The notes beneath the pieces were generated by a model. It saw only the letters and a program-made list of their open reading frames with translations, ran no database searches and had not been told where the DNA came from. The position numbers were made by a program, and so were the translations under genes. From assembly GCA_963709405.1 (NCBI GenBank), contig CAVPXM010000055.1, positions 96,001 to 160,000 on the forward strand: a DNA stretch of 64,000 nt, written 5' to 3'. This DNA is from an uncultured Nitrososphaerales archaeon (GTDB lineage Archaea > Thermoproteota > Nitrososphaeria > Nitrososphaerales > Nitrososphaeraceae). Of this stretch, positions 32,894 to 43,153 are shown in pieces. The stretch's first letter is position 1; the number at the start of each line of letters is the position of its first letter.

Positions 32894-33071
32894 GGAGCAA
32901 AGAAATGCCGCGGTAGTATAATACTCTTATTAACTAGTCATGGATTCCTACCGCACACCAGAATAGTTACATAGAAAAATTAATGTAAATAATCTAATAT
33001 TAGTCGGAACAACTGATTTGTGTGACAAGATTAATATATCTTAGGGAAGGTTTTGGCAATAAGCACGCTAT

Positions 33072-33728
33072 ATGCTGATTATCTTTGATGTAGAGGGCGT
33101 TTTGTTAAATGCAGAGTATCTCCCAGTGCTAGCACAAGTCTTTGGTCAGGAAAAGGAAAAAGAGATCTGGGATATCACGAAACAGGGAATACGAGGTGAG
33201 ATAAATTGGGAGGAGGGATTAGAGAAGCGTGTGGCTGCGTTGCGAGGCGTAGAATTTGAAAAAGCAAAACAAATCGCCGAGAACCTTGAAATAATGCCTG
33301 GAGCCAAAACCTTATGTTCTGCGCTAAAAAGGGCAGGTTGGAAGCTAATTGCTGTGTCTGGTGGTTTTACGATAATTACTGACAGATTAAAGGCTGAGCT
33401 GGGATTAGATAGAATATTCTCGAACAAGCTCTTATTCAAGGATGGGAAGCTGCAGGGTGTAAGCCTTACTGTGACATCGGATAAGGCAGCAGCTGTAGTC
33501 CCAACAATTAGAGAATGGAATTATTCCAAGGAGGATATTGTTGTAGTAGTCGACGGCGCAAATGATCTAAAACTTTTCGATCTATCTGGCTATACCGTCG
33601 GATTCTGCCCAGTTGACAAGGTGAAAGAAAAAGCTGACGCCGTCATAGAGGTGAGGGATTTATCGATCTTATTGCACTTACTGGAAAAGAAGTTTGGCAA
33701 GGCAGTACTATTAGCTAAGTCCTCATAA
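33072..33728 (+). CDS. serB: Phosphoserine phosphatase (HAD family)
   Basis: FDVEGVL, VSGGF and DGAND HAD motifs. Confidence 0.85.
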   Translation: MLIIFDVEGVLLNAEYLPVLAQVFGQEKEKEIWDITKQGIRGEINWEEGLEKRVAALRGVEFEKAKQIAENLEIMPGAKTLCSALKRAGWKLIAVSGGFTIITDRLKAELGLDRIFSNKLLFKDGKLQGVSLTVTSDKAAAVVPTIREWNYSKEDIVVVVDGANDLKLFDLSGYTVGFCPVDKVKEKADAVIEVRDLSILLHLLEKKFGKAVLLAKSS

Positions 33729-33764
33729 AATAAAAATTTATACTAGTAAATCAAGTCTACATGC

Positions 33765-34526
33765 TTGGTCACAAGAATCGAAATTATTCCAATTAACGTT
33801 CATAAAGATGTATGTGTAGGTGACGATCTGGTAGGGCTAATTATCCAGGCTGTGGACGAAATAGGAGAATGCATTAAGGATGGCGATATCCTAGTTATTG
33901 CGCATAAGATCGTATCAAAATCTGAAAACAGGTTCGTCAACTTAAAAGACATTGAACCATCCGCAGAGTCGATGGCACTAGCAGCAAGAAGCTGTAAAGA
34001 TCCCAGACTAATTGAACTGATTCGTAGAGAATCTAAAGAAATAGTCAAAATGTCAAGAGGAATTGTAATTGTAGAGACGAAATTAGGATTCATCTGTGCA
34101 AACGCTGGAATAGATCAAAGCAATGTTAGCACCGAAAGCGACATTGCTCTAATGTTGCCTGAGAACCCTGATAATTCAGCTAACATGATAAGAAAATGCA
34201 TAAAGAATATAACTGGAAAGGAAGTAGCGGTCGTAGTTAGTGATACCTTTGGAAGGCCATTCAGACAAGGTCAGACGAATGTTGCCATCGGACTCGCTGG
34301 TATTGAACCAATTGAAAGTTACATTGGAAGGCCAGACATTTTCGGCAAGAAGTTGAAAGTAACTGAAATAGCCATCGCCGATGAAATTGCTTCAGCGGCT
34401 GAATTGGCTATGGGAAAGATTGACAAGATTCCAGCAGTCATAATAAGGGGCTATTCTTATTCAACATCCAATGATTCTAGTGTTTCAAGTCTGATTAGAA
34501 ATAGAGAAATGGATCTTTTTAGATGA
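33765..34526 (+). CDS. cofE: Coenzyme F420:L-glutamate ligase
   Basis: KIVSKSE, ANAGIDQSN, DTFGRPFR and ADEIASAAEL motifs; C-terminal DLFR. Confidence 0.93.
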   Translation: MVTRIEIIPINVHKDVCVGDDLVGLIIQAVDEIGECIKDGDILVIAHKIVSKSENRFVNLKDIEPSAESMALAARSCKDPRLIELIRRESKEIVKMSRGIVIVETKLGFICANAGIDQSNVSTESDIALMLPENPDNSANMIRKCIKNITGKEVAVVVSDTFGRPFRQGQTNVAIGLAGIEPIESYIGRPDIFGKKLKVTEIAIADEIASAAELAMGKIDKIPAVIIRGYSYSTSNDSSVSSLIRNREMDLFR

Positions 34527-34608
34527 ATTAGATGAAAAATCGTGACACAAATGTCATGTTTCTAAACCTTTAATATATTGAAATTGTTATTTATCTTGCT
34601 AAAGTGAA

Positions 34609-34857
34609 ATGAACGAAGCCAATAGTGACCTTTTTAATAAGACTATCGATGTGCGTGGTCTCTTCTGTCCTGAACCCGTGTTTAGAACCAAAATGGAAAT
34701 GGAAAAATTGCATATAGGAGATAGAATAAAAATAGTTGCAGATGACCCTGCCTCGGAGGAAGATATATCCAGATGGGTGAACAGGAATGGTCACGAATTG
34801 CTATCCTTGAAAAAAGCAGAGAATGATTTGGAATTCATAATAAAAAAGGCTAAATAA
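34609..34857 (+). CDS. TusA/SirA-family sulfur carrier
   Basis: IDVRGLFCPEPV...ADDPASEEDI signature. Confidence 0.9.
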   Translation: MNEANSDLFNKTIDVRGLFCPEPVFRTKMEMEKLHIGDRIKIVADDPASEEDISRWVNRNGHELLSLKKAENDLEFIIKKAK

Positions 34858-34860
34858 AAA

Positions 34861-35871
34861 ATGACTGCTTTAACCAGTTCCAATCTAATTGAACGAATCG
34901 GCAATACGCCCGTTGTAGAATTAAAGTCATTTTCAACCAAGAACGTAAGATTTTATGCAAAGCTGGAATGGTACAATCCGTATGGTTCTGTGAAAGACAG
35001 GGCAGCATATTGGATGATCAAACGAGCAGAGAAGGAGGTTGTATTGAAGAAACATAAAAGCATTATTATTGAACCCTCTTCTGGAAATACTGGGATTGCA
35101 CTCGCCGGGATTGCGAGTACCTTGGGATATAAAGTTGAGATCGTGATACCTGAAAAGGTGAGTACAGAAACAAAGAGCATTTTGAGAAAGCTAGGCGCCA
35201 CAATACACGAGACATCAGATGACTTATGTCCTAGGGTAGGAGCAGGTACAGATCAAAGTATTGCTCTTGCAAAGGCGATTTCAAAACCAAGACCAGATAT
35301 CTACTATATGCCTAATCAGTATGAGAACGATGCTAACTTCATGGCGCATTATGAAAGCACAGGGCCAGAAATTTGGAAACAGATGAATGGACATTTGACC
35401 CATTTCTTCACCGGATGTGGAACCGGGGGAACTGTGACAGGAACCGCAACATTTCTGAAGGAACAAGATCGTAATATTAAAATTGTTGCGGTGCAAGCCC
35501 AGAAAAATCATTTACTTCAAGGCCTTAGGAACTTTGAGGAATCTGCCATGCCAGAGCTGTTTAGACGACGACAACAGATTGTTGACGCATGGATAACCGC
35601 AAGGAATGATGACTCATTTCGTATGGTTAAAGAGTTGGCAACGAAGGAAAAGCTGCTTGTCGGGCCTTCTTCCGGAGCTGTTATGGCTTCCATGGTAAAT
35701 GTCGCAAAGCAACTGGACAACGGAATTATGGTCGGCATATTTGCTGATGATGGCAGGAAATTCAAAAGCCTTTACGTTGAGCAAGATGTGTTTGACCAGA
35801 CCGAATACGAGCAATTGTTGCGAGTTAATAAATTTCTTCCAGACACGGCTTGTCCTTATGCAGATGGCTAG
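34861..35871 (+). CDS. PLP-dependent cysteine synthase family protein
   Basis: IGNTP, AKLEWYNPYGSVKDR, SSGNTG, GTGGT and GPSSGA motifs. Confidence 0.9.
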   Translation: MTALTSSNLIERIGNTPVVELKSFSTKNVRFYAKLEWYNPYGSVKDRAAYWMIKRAEKEVVLKKHKSIIIEPSSGNTGIALAGIASTLGYKVEIVIPEKVSTETKSILRKLGATIHETSDDLCPRVGAGTDQSIALAKAISKPRPDIYYMPNQYENDANFMAHYESTGPEIWKQMNGHLTHFFTGCGTGGTVTGTATFLKEQDRNIKIVAVQAQKNHLLQGLRNFEESAMPELFRRRQQIVDAWITARNDDSFRMVKELATKEKLLVGPSSGAVMASMVNVAKQLDNGIMVGIFADDGRKFKSLYVEQDVFDQTEYEQLLRVNKFLPDTACPYADG

Positions 35872-36872
35872 GTTTTTTTCTCTGTAAGCAAGTTCATCTT
35901 AGATACATGTTTCTTTTCAGTCAGCCATTTTTCAATGTCCAGAGCAGCCATGCAACCAAAACCTCCGGCAGTTATAGCTTGTCTATATCTATAGTCGTGA
36001 ACATCTCCGGCTGCAAAAACGCCATCTACACTTGTTAATGTGCGTTCCTTTAAAATTATATAACCTTTGTCGTCTAAATCGAGCTGTCCTTTGAAGATGT
36101 CTGTATTCGGCTCATGCCCAATTGCTACAAACAAGCCTCCAGCAGAAATGTTTTGTTCTCTTCCAGTCATAATGTCTCTAGCGACAATGCTCTTAATTTT
36201 CTTATCTCCAGAAATGTTGGCTACTACATGATTCCATAAGAAATCAATCTTGGGGTTTTCGAATGCCTTTTCCTGAAGAATCTTGCTCGCTCGCAGCGAC
36301 TGTTTTCTATGTACAATCTTGACAGACTTGCCAAATTTTGTCAAGAAGGTTGCCTCCTCAATTGCCGTATCTCCTCCTCCGACTACGACTATATCTTCTC
36401 CCTTAAAGAATGGCCCGTCACACGTCGCGCAATACGATACGCCCCTTCCTGCAAATTGCTGTTCTGCTTCAATGCCTAGCTTCCGAGGCGAAGCACCAGT
36501 ACACACAAGAACTGCTTCGGCCCGAAACGATTGCGAGTTGGTCTCTATCTTGAAGGGATTAATTTTAAAATCAACTTTTGTGACTTCATCATCTATAAAA
36601 GATGCCCCGAATCTTTCGGCTTGCTGCCGCATATTCATCATAAGTTCAGGTCCAAATATTCCATTTGGAAATCCTGGATAATTTTCGACCTCGCTAGTTG
36701 TCATTAATTGGCCACCAGGAAGTGAACCAGATATTATTAGCGTGCTGAGCTTAGCGCGAGCAGTGTATATTGCAGCTGTGTAGCCTGCTGGGCCCGAGCC
36801 AATGATTACAACATCGTAGAATTTCGTAGGCTCAGTATTGTTGGCTTCATGTTCTTCATTAACTCCATGCAT
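35868..36872 (-). CDS. trxB: Thioredoxin-disulfide reductase
   Basis: GSGPAG, CATCDG, GGGDTA and FAAGDV motifs. Confidence 0.96.
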   Translation of the reverse strand: MHGVNEEHEANNTEPTKFYDVVIIGSGPAGYTAAIYTARAKLSTLIISGSLPGGQLMTTSEVENYPGFPNGIFGPELMMNMRQQAERFGASFIDDEVTKVDFKINPFKIETNSQSFRAEAVLVCTGASPRKLGIEAEQQFAGRGVSYCATCDGPFFKGEDIVVVGGGDTAIEEATFLTKFGKSVKIVHRKQSLRASKILQEKAFENPKIDFLWNHVVANISGDKKIKSIVARDIMTGREQNISAGGLFVAIGHEPNTDIFKGQLDLDDKGYIILKERTLTSVDGVFAAGDVHDYRYRQAITAGGFGCMAALDIEKWLTEKKHVSKMNLLTEKKT

Positions 36873-37154
36873 AACGTTACGAAGAGTAAGGATGCATTAA
36901 CCTGTTATTAATTTGTTCGGAATGAGCGAATCTGACTTTCAATATCGTGTAAACCTATTCGAAATAAATTAAAATTTGACTTCATGTTTCGTTATACTTA
37001 AAAATGATCGTTTAGGAATATGGAATTATGGTCCTCTAATTCATCTGAATCATTTTTGTCTGTATTTGAGAACTCTTTCTTAAAACAAAAGAGAATTAGC
37101 ACCAAAACAAACCATACTTTTTAGAAAAAAAGGGCGAAGCTGTCCTCGAAGGCC

Positions 37155-37982
37155 CTACGGACTCGCCTTTAGTTCTGGTTTTGTATAAATCTCTTGGAGT
37201 TTGTCGATTGCTACTTGCGCGGCTTTCTTTCCAGAAAGCAGCATGGAACCAAACGTTGGTCCCATCCGAGGTAATCCATGAGTTTCAGTTACCGACATAC
37301 CTGATGCGATTAGACCCGGAAAGACCTCTCCAGTTCGTTCTACTACTAGATCCTCGCCACCATTTACCCACATTGGTTCCATACCCTTCCATTTTATATA
37401 GCCACGATCCATCAAACGCTTAACCGCAACAGAATCATGTCCAGAGGCATCAATTACAATTTTGCTTTCTAAAGCTATCGGATCTACGCAAGTAACGTTT
37501 CTTGGCAAGGCGGAGACGGGCATCCAGTTGATGACCACTCCGGAAACTCGTCCGTTCTTCAAAACTAGGTCATCAAACTTCGATAATTGCAAGAATCTGA
37601 CACCAGCATCGCACGCTCCGGCAATGAGCTTTGAACATGCATGCGGGCCCCATGTTGCAAATAATCCCTCAGTCACCCTCCTATAAGGAACTCCAAGTTC
37701 ATCCCAGATCTTTTGAGCAGGAGCCCGCACAGTTACGGGATTCATCATGTACCCTCCTACCCAATAACCCCCGCCCAAATAATTATTCTGCTCAACTATG
37801 AGAGTTTTTACCCCAAACTTTGCCAATTCCATTCCTGCTGTTAGACCCGAGGGCCCAGCCCCGATAATGATAACATCTGAATCAGCATAATCTGCGATCG
37901 TCTCACCAAACATTTTTACAATAGTTCTGGTAATCTCCTTCTCCCCAATCTCACTAAATATTTTTGTCATGTGAAGAGTCAA
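37155..37982 (-). CDS. thi4: Thiazole biosynthesis protein Thi4 (Cys-type)
   Basis: GAGPSG, TCVDP, DASGHD and RMGPTFGSMLLSG motifs. Confidence 0.93.
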   Translation of the reverse strand: MTLHMTKIFSEIGEKEITRTIVKMFGETIADYADSDVIIIGAGPSGLTAGMELAKFGVKTLIVEQNNYLGGGYWVGGYMMNPVTVRAPAQKIWDELGVPYRRVTEGLFATWGPHACSKLIAGACDAGVRFLQLSKFDDLVLKNGRVSGVVINWMPVSALPRNVTCVDPIALESKIVIDASGHDSVAVKRLMDRGYIKWKGMEPMWVNGGEDLVVERTGEVFPGLIASGMSVTETHGLPRMGPTFGSMLLSGKKAAQVAIDKLQEIYTKPELKASP

Positions 37983-38125
37983 ATAGAAATATTATAAATA
38001 CATTATTAAATTTACCTTTAGAATCGTTGTGATTATAGTCTACTATATTCCAGTTGAGTTTGCATAGACAAAGTTATTCGAAGGTGGCTCTTGCCGTTTA
38101 AGCTATGGAGTCACTCAAAATAATA

Positions 38126-39259
38126 CTAAAGATCTTCAGCTTTGTTAGATACTGCACCATTTCTTACCTTTATATCCATTCTGTTTATTAGCTCTAGCAG
38201 ATTTGTCTTGTGAGAATTCAAATATTCCTGTCCCTTATCTCTGAGGCGTATTAGAAATAGCCTAAGATCTCGGTGCTCCTCAAAGAATTGCTCCACGACT
38301 ATATTACCGTGGATCGCAGGATTAATTAGCTGTTCTAAGCTCTCCATAGTTAGCTTGATGTCTCCTTTTTCTATCGCCTCTCTGGCTTTCGAAAGAATCA
38401 TGCTGATATCATGCAACTGTTCGATCGGAGCTAGCATTTGCTGGTTTTTCCTCAAGAAGCCTACCTTTTTCGTATAGCCGACCTTTTCTGCTATTTCCTT
38501 AGTAAGCTCGTAATATTCCTCTTTACCTCTAAATGGGTAAGTCCTCTCCTTCCGAACAACCAATCCCTTTGTGAGAAGTCTAGTCATTGCATCTTGGATT
38601 TCCTCCCTGTCCATACTTGTCGTCCACACGATCTTGCCCACGTGATCATGGCCCTGACGTATTGACTCCAAAACCACAACCTCTATTATACGTCTGAAGC
38701 CATCTTCGTTCCTTGCATTCTGTAAGTCTCGATCGCTTACAGCTTTCTTTGCGTAGGTGATATCGATTTCTATCGAGCGTTTCAACGCCTCTACGCCGTC
38801 ATCTACTCTTCCACTAAGTATCAAGAAACAAGCTTCGTTATACCAAGACATGCCATCGGTAGGATCAAAATCAATAGCTTTTTCGCATGCCTCGATGGCT
38901 TTTTCATAATTTTTCATTTTATAGTATGTAAGACCTTTAAGATTCCACGCTTCTGGATTAGTGAGGTCAACTTCCAGGGCTTTGTCGTAGGACTGAATTG
39001 AAGCGGGGTATTGTTCCAAGTGAAAATGAGCATAACCCTTCTTTATCCAAGCATCAACATATTTCGGATCTATTCGTAATGCTAATTCAAAATTACGTAT
39101 AGCATCTTCTAACTTATCGTTTGCCATTTGGCTCACTCCTCTTTTAAACAGCTCATTTTTTTGAAATTCAGACTTTTCAGAATTAGAGGCAGGCTCATCG
39201 TGAGCTGAGGGCTGTAATGACGTATTTTTAGGCTTCCTGCGAAGGAACGGGCCCATCAA
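38126..39259 (-). CDS. TPR-repeat protein with a probable central winged-helix segment
   Basis: Four TPR-like repeats (AIRNFELAL, AWIKKG, AWNLKG, SWYNEAC). Confidence 0.8.
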   Translation of the reverse strand: MMGPFLRRKPKNTSLQPSAHDEPASNSEKSEFQKNELFKRGVSQMANDKLEDAIRNFELALRIDPKYVDAWIKKGYAHFHLEQYPASIQSYDKALEVDLTNPEAWNLKGLTYYKMKNYEKAIEACEKAIDFDPTDGMSWYNEACFLILSGRVDDGVEALKRSIEIDITYAKKAVSDRDLQNARNEDGFRRIIEVVVLESIRQGHDHVGKIVWTTSMDREEIQDAMTRLLTKGLVVRKERTYPFRGKEEYYELTKEIAEKVGYTKKVGFLRKNQQMLAPIEQLHDISMILSKAREAIEKGDIKLTMESLEQLINPAIHGNIVVEQFFEEHRDLRLFLIRLRDKGQEYLNSHKTNLLELINRMDIKVRNGAVSNKAEDL

Positions 39260-39593
39260 TTAGGCTAATTCACATCGCAGATAAATAGATTTGGACTTGG
39301 TGATCGGCCAATGACTTGGCGAATACTTTTCTATATTCATCTGTTCCATTTATGAGCAACACTGCTTTTTAATTCATTTCATTGTGGTCATGTTTATTGA
39401 CACTATGATCTAATTATCAGCATAATGTTATTTGAATTGGACTATCATGAGAGCTATCATCTATCTAAATTTTACATCATCATTGATTCGTCGTTAGAAT
39501 CCACAAGCAATTACTTTAAGCAGAATGCCTTAGCCTTACTCAAAATTCGAGCATTAGATGTTTTTAGCAATTAAATCCTACTCAACTATCATA

Positions 39594-39779
39594 CTATTGG
39601 GGGAAGTTGAAATGAGAATAAAAAGGTCGCATATTTACCAATATTGGAGCGTTGGAGGGAAAAGCGGCAAGAAACTTTGGATGAGGTATTGAAGTTAGAT
39701 AGATTAACACTGCCGGAACCGATGCACAGACCAGAATCGTCAGAATGATCAACCAGACAGCTGTCATTTTTTCTACCAT
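39594..39779 (-). CDS. Small single-TM hypothetical protein
   Basis: Hydrophobic N-terminal helix; TATA-like TTATATAT about 25 bp upstream on the minus strand. Confidence 0.4.
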   Translation of the reverse strand: MVEKMTAVWLIILTILVCASVPAVLIYLTSIPHPKFLAAFPSNAPILVNMRPFYSHFNFPQ

Positions 39780-39873
39780 GAGCCAGATTTTCTTGATTAC
39801 ATATATAAGTTTTCAACGAGGACTACAGTTTAGAAATAGGATTATAAATGCCTGCGATAGAATCCTGCCCTAC

Positions 39874-41001
39874 ATGCGACTACTTGAACATCAAGGAAAG
39901 GAGCTATTTAGGCAATACGGGATTCAAGTTCCCCGATCTGCAGTAGCATTTTCCACCGACGAAGCATATCGCCTTGCTATGGATATAGGCTACCCCCTCA
40001 TTCTAAAACCACAGCTAACCGTAGGTGGACGTGGAAAAGAAGGTGCTATTTTGAAATGTATGGCCAAGACAGATATTACGAACAAGTTTGAGTATCTTCT
40101 GAATAATAAGGTGAAAGGGGAGTTACCCAAGGGAATACTTTTGGAACAAGCAGTTGATATTAAAGGCGAACTATATATTTCGTTTTTTCTCAATAGAACC
40201 AAGAGATGCTACTCCCTAATCGCTTCTTCGGAAGGTGGGGTAGAGATTGAAAGCACAGAAAATAAGGTAGTGGTGGATATCCCCCTAAGCGGGATTTCAT
40301 CGGAAATGGCTTATGATGTCGCAGTCAAACTTTCTATTCAACATGATCTAAGGGACGCCCTTAAAGACTCCATAATGAAGTTATCGAAGCTTGTAGTGGA
40401 AAAGGAAGCAGAATTAGCTGAAATTAATCCCATAGTCGTCGTCAAGGATGGATCCATCATTGCACTTGATTCTAAGGTGATAATAGATGATAACTCTCTC
40501 TTTAGACATCCTGAACTAAAAAAATATGAACACCTTTCGGAGCAGGAATCTCAGGCACGAAGAAATGGATTCTCGTTCGTGAAATTGGACGGAAACGTCG
40601 CAATCGTCGGTAACGGCGCCGGTTTGGTTATGTCGACTCTTGATATGGTATCAGATCGAGGCGGTAAGGCCGGCGCATTTCTCGACTTTGGCGGAAGCGC
40701 TACCCGAGAATCTATATATGAAGCGCTTAGGCTAATTAATGGACTAAACCAAATCGAGGTTATATTAATAAATCTATTTGGAGGCATAGTAAAAACTAGT
40801 CTCGTGGCAGAGGCTATTTTTGATGCATACAAAGAGGGGATTATTTCAGTACCTTTGTTCGCAAGGGTATCTGGATCAGAATCTGATAAAGCTAAGGAGA
40901 TACTTAGCCAAGGAAGGGCCAGAATATACGATTCAGTTGAGGAATCTATAACTGCAGCGCTGGACGCCATTCGTCCTAAGGAGAGGAATATCCATGGATA
41001 A
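39874..41001 (+). CDS. sucC: Succinyl-CoA synthetase beta subunit
   Basis: MRLLEHQGKELF start, GGRGKEG, EINP and NGAGLVMSTLD motifs. Confidence 0.95.
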   Translation: MRLLEHQGKELFRQYGIQVPRSAVAFSTDEAYRLAMDIGYPLILKPQLTVGGRGKEGAILKCMAKTDITNKFEYLLNNKVKGELPKGILLEQAVDIKGELYISFFLNRTKRCYSLIASSEGGVEIESTENKVVVDIPLSGISSEMAYDVAVKLSIQHDLRDALKDSIMKLSKLVVEKEAELAEINPIVVVKDGSIIALDSKVIIDDNSLFRHPELKKYEHLSEQESQARRNGFSFVKLDGNVAIVGNGAGLVMSTLDMVSDRGGKAGAFLDFGGSATRESIYEALRLINGLNQIEVILINLFGGIVKTSLVAEAIFDAYKEGIISVPLFARVSGSESDKAKEILSQGRARIYDSVEESITAALDAIRPKERNIHG

Positions 41002-41909
41002 TTTTGACATAATGAAAATACTGGTAGGGATTCCCGGAGAAGATGATTATATGAATAAACAAGTCATAATTCAGGGTATTACTGGCAGCTTCGGTTCGAC
41101 ACATACAAGATTAATGAAGGGATATGGGACCAATATATCTGCAGGAGTCACCCCGGGGAAAGGAGGTACTTTCTTTGATGGCATTCCTGTATTTGATTCT
41201 ATGAAGGAGGCAGTGACGTTAACTGGTTCAAAGATTACTGGGATCTTCGTACCCGCTCCATCATTTCTTTCTGCAGGGAAAGAGGCCCTTGAATGCGGAA
41301 TAAAGGCTAATAGTGGCTATCCCAGAACATGTCCCTGTTCGGGACTCTATAGAGCTATTTGAACTATCAAGAAAATACGACGCAAGGATAATCGGCCCAA
41401 ATACACCAGGTATTATACTTCCAGAAGTAATGAAAGTTGGAATAATGCCGGGGCAACCGTTCAATAGAGGGAATACGGTCGTATTGTCAAGGAGTGGAAC
41501 TCTTATGTATGAAGTATCATATAATCTCTCGAAAGCTGGTTATGGACAGCATCTATGTTTGGGCATAGGTGGTGATCCTATAAATGGGACTAATCTTATT
41601 GAAGCCTTGGAGATGGTTCGCCATAATGAAGATATAGACTCGGTGGTTATTGTGGGTGAAATAGGTGGCGATGCTGAAGAACAATTTGCCAAACATTTAT
41701 TGGAAATTGGATTTAGCAAGCCAGTGATAGCGTATATCGCAGGCAGATCTGCTCCAAAAGAAAAGACAATGGGGCACGCTGGTGCAATTGTATATGGGAA
41801 TTACGGGTCAGCCGAATCCAAATTTTCTAGCTTCCACGAGGCACATATTCCTGTAGCGAAGAGCCCTTCTGAGGTCCCAGTGTTACTTCGCGAAGAACTT
41901 GCGCGATAG
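40994..41909 (+). CDS. sucD: Succinyl-CoA synthetase alpha subunit, split by a probable 1-bp insertion near 41305
   Basis: QGITG and GVTPGKGG in the first ORF; IIGPNTPG, GEIGG and MGHAGA (phospho-His) in the second. Confidence 0.93.
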
Positions 41910-42394
41910 TCCTTGAAATTGAATGCCCTTGACGTGCCCGACTCGACAGGAAGTCTGTACAAAACAGAGGATCGAACCTGGATCTCATACCTACGGTGAA
42001 TGTTTAGACTTTTATAGTATCCTTTTGAGCGATGCATTCAGAACTACGATTCTGTGACAAGTGTTTGTCAAAAAGTATACATCAAATTTTTGAAGAAGAT
42101 GATATTATTTATACATATAAACGCAGAAGGCTATACCGATGCGTTCAATGCGGAAATCGAACATTCAAAAGATCCTTAAGGCCATCCGCGGAATCAGTAT
42201 ATTAATTCTTAGTTGAAAATGATTTTACTGTACTTTGGCGAGCGCCGTGGTGCTGTTGAAATCATAGAGCTGGTTGTATAAGAATGCAGTATATTGCGAT
42301 TTCGCAGTATAGATGGCCAAAGTTCCCGTCGTCTTGGCTCTGCAACTACGAGAAAAGACTTATCCCTATATCGATATATTTCAAATATGATCCA

Positions 42395-42958
42395 ATGAAA
42401 AGATACATGGTCTATTTATTTAATGATAAGTTTAAACCGGAAGATGCGAGAGAGATATTGAAAAAGGCTAGGAATCTGGCTGTTGACTCCAATGTCATAC
42501 TGCGAGATGTTAGAGTAGCAACTGATTTCTTAGAGATCGACGTCAGTATCCCCGATGATGCAGTATTACCGGAAATCTTGTCCTCACTTGGCCAAATTGG
42601 ACGAGTCATAGAATATCAACAGATAGAGGACAAATATATGGAAAAAAAGGACTCTATCGATTATGCAAGAATTCTTTTTAACTCGCAAAAATATTGGAGA
42701 GCGCACGAGGTACTTGAAGCAATCTGGAAACGTTCAGAAGACGCTGAGAAACAAATCCTTAACGCCATTATCTTGATATCTGCAGCATTTGTGCACTATC
42801 AAAAAAATGAAAACAACGTATGTATCTCAATTTTGGAGAGGGCCTTGCAGAAGCTCGATAAAATTGATGGAATTTACTATGAAATAGATCTTGACAGAAT
42901 TAAGGCTCACATATCCAAGAACATTAGAACAGGCATCGTAGAAAGAACAACTATTTAA
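42395..42958 (+). CDS. DUF309 domain-containing protein
   Basis: FN.QKYWRAHEVLEAIW...AAFVH motif. Confidence 0.82.
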   Translation: MKRYMVYLFNDKFKPEDAREILKKARNLAVDSNVILRDVRVATDFLEIDVSIPDDAVLPEILSSLGQIGRVIEYQQIEDKYMEKKDSIDYARILFNSQKYWRAHEVLEAIWKRSEDAEKQILNAIILISAAFVHYQKNENNVCISILERALQKLDKIDGIYYEIDLDRIKAHISKNIRTGIVERTTI

Positions 42959-43153
42959 TTTAATTAGAATATTAAGGGTAAAAAAGACGAAAGGGCAATT
43001 TTGAATTTAGCATAAGAATAATTTTATTGTAATCAGGATCGAAAATTTATTCCAATTTGGAAGATCATTGCAAAGGTTCGTAATAAGCTAATTAGTCAAC
43101 TTAAGTTCAATACGGAATAAATAAAGGGAGGCTGGTATCACGGTATAATAGGT

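Noticed and set aside
39745-39873. N-terminal extension of sucC (likewise 42284-42394 and 53400-53447)
   Set aside because: Family homology begins at downstream ATGs, and the extensions cover TATA-like promoter DNA.
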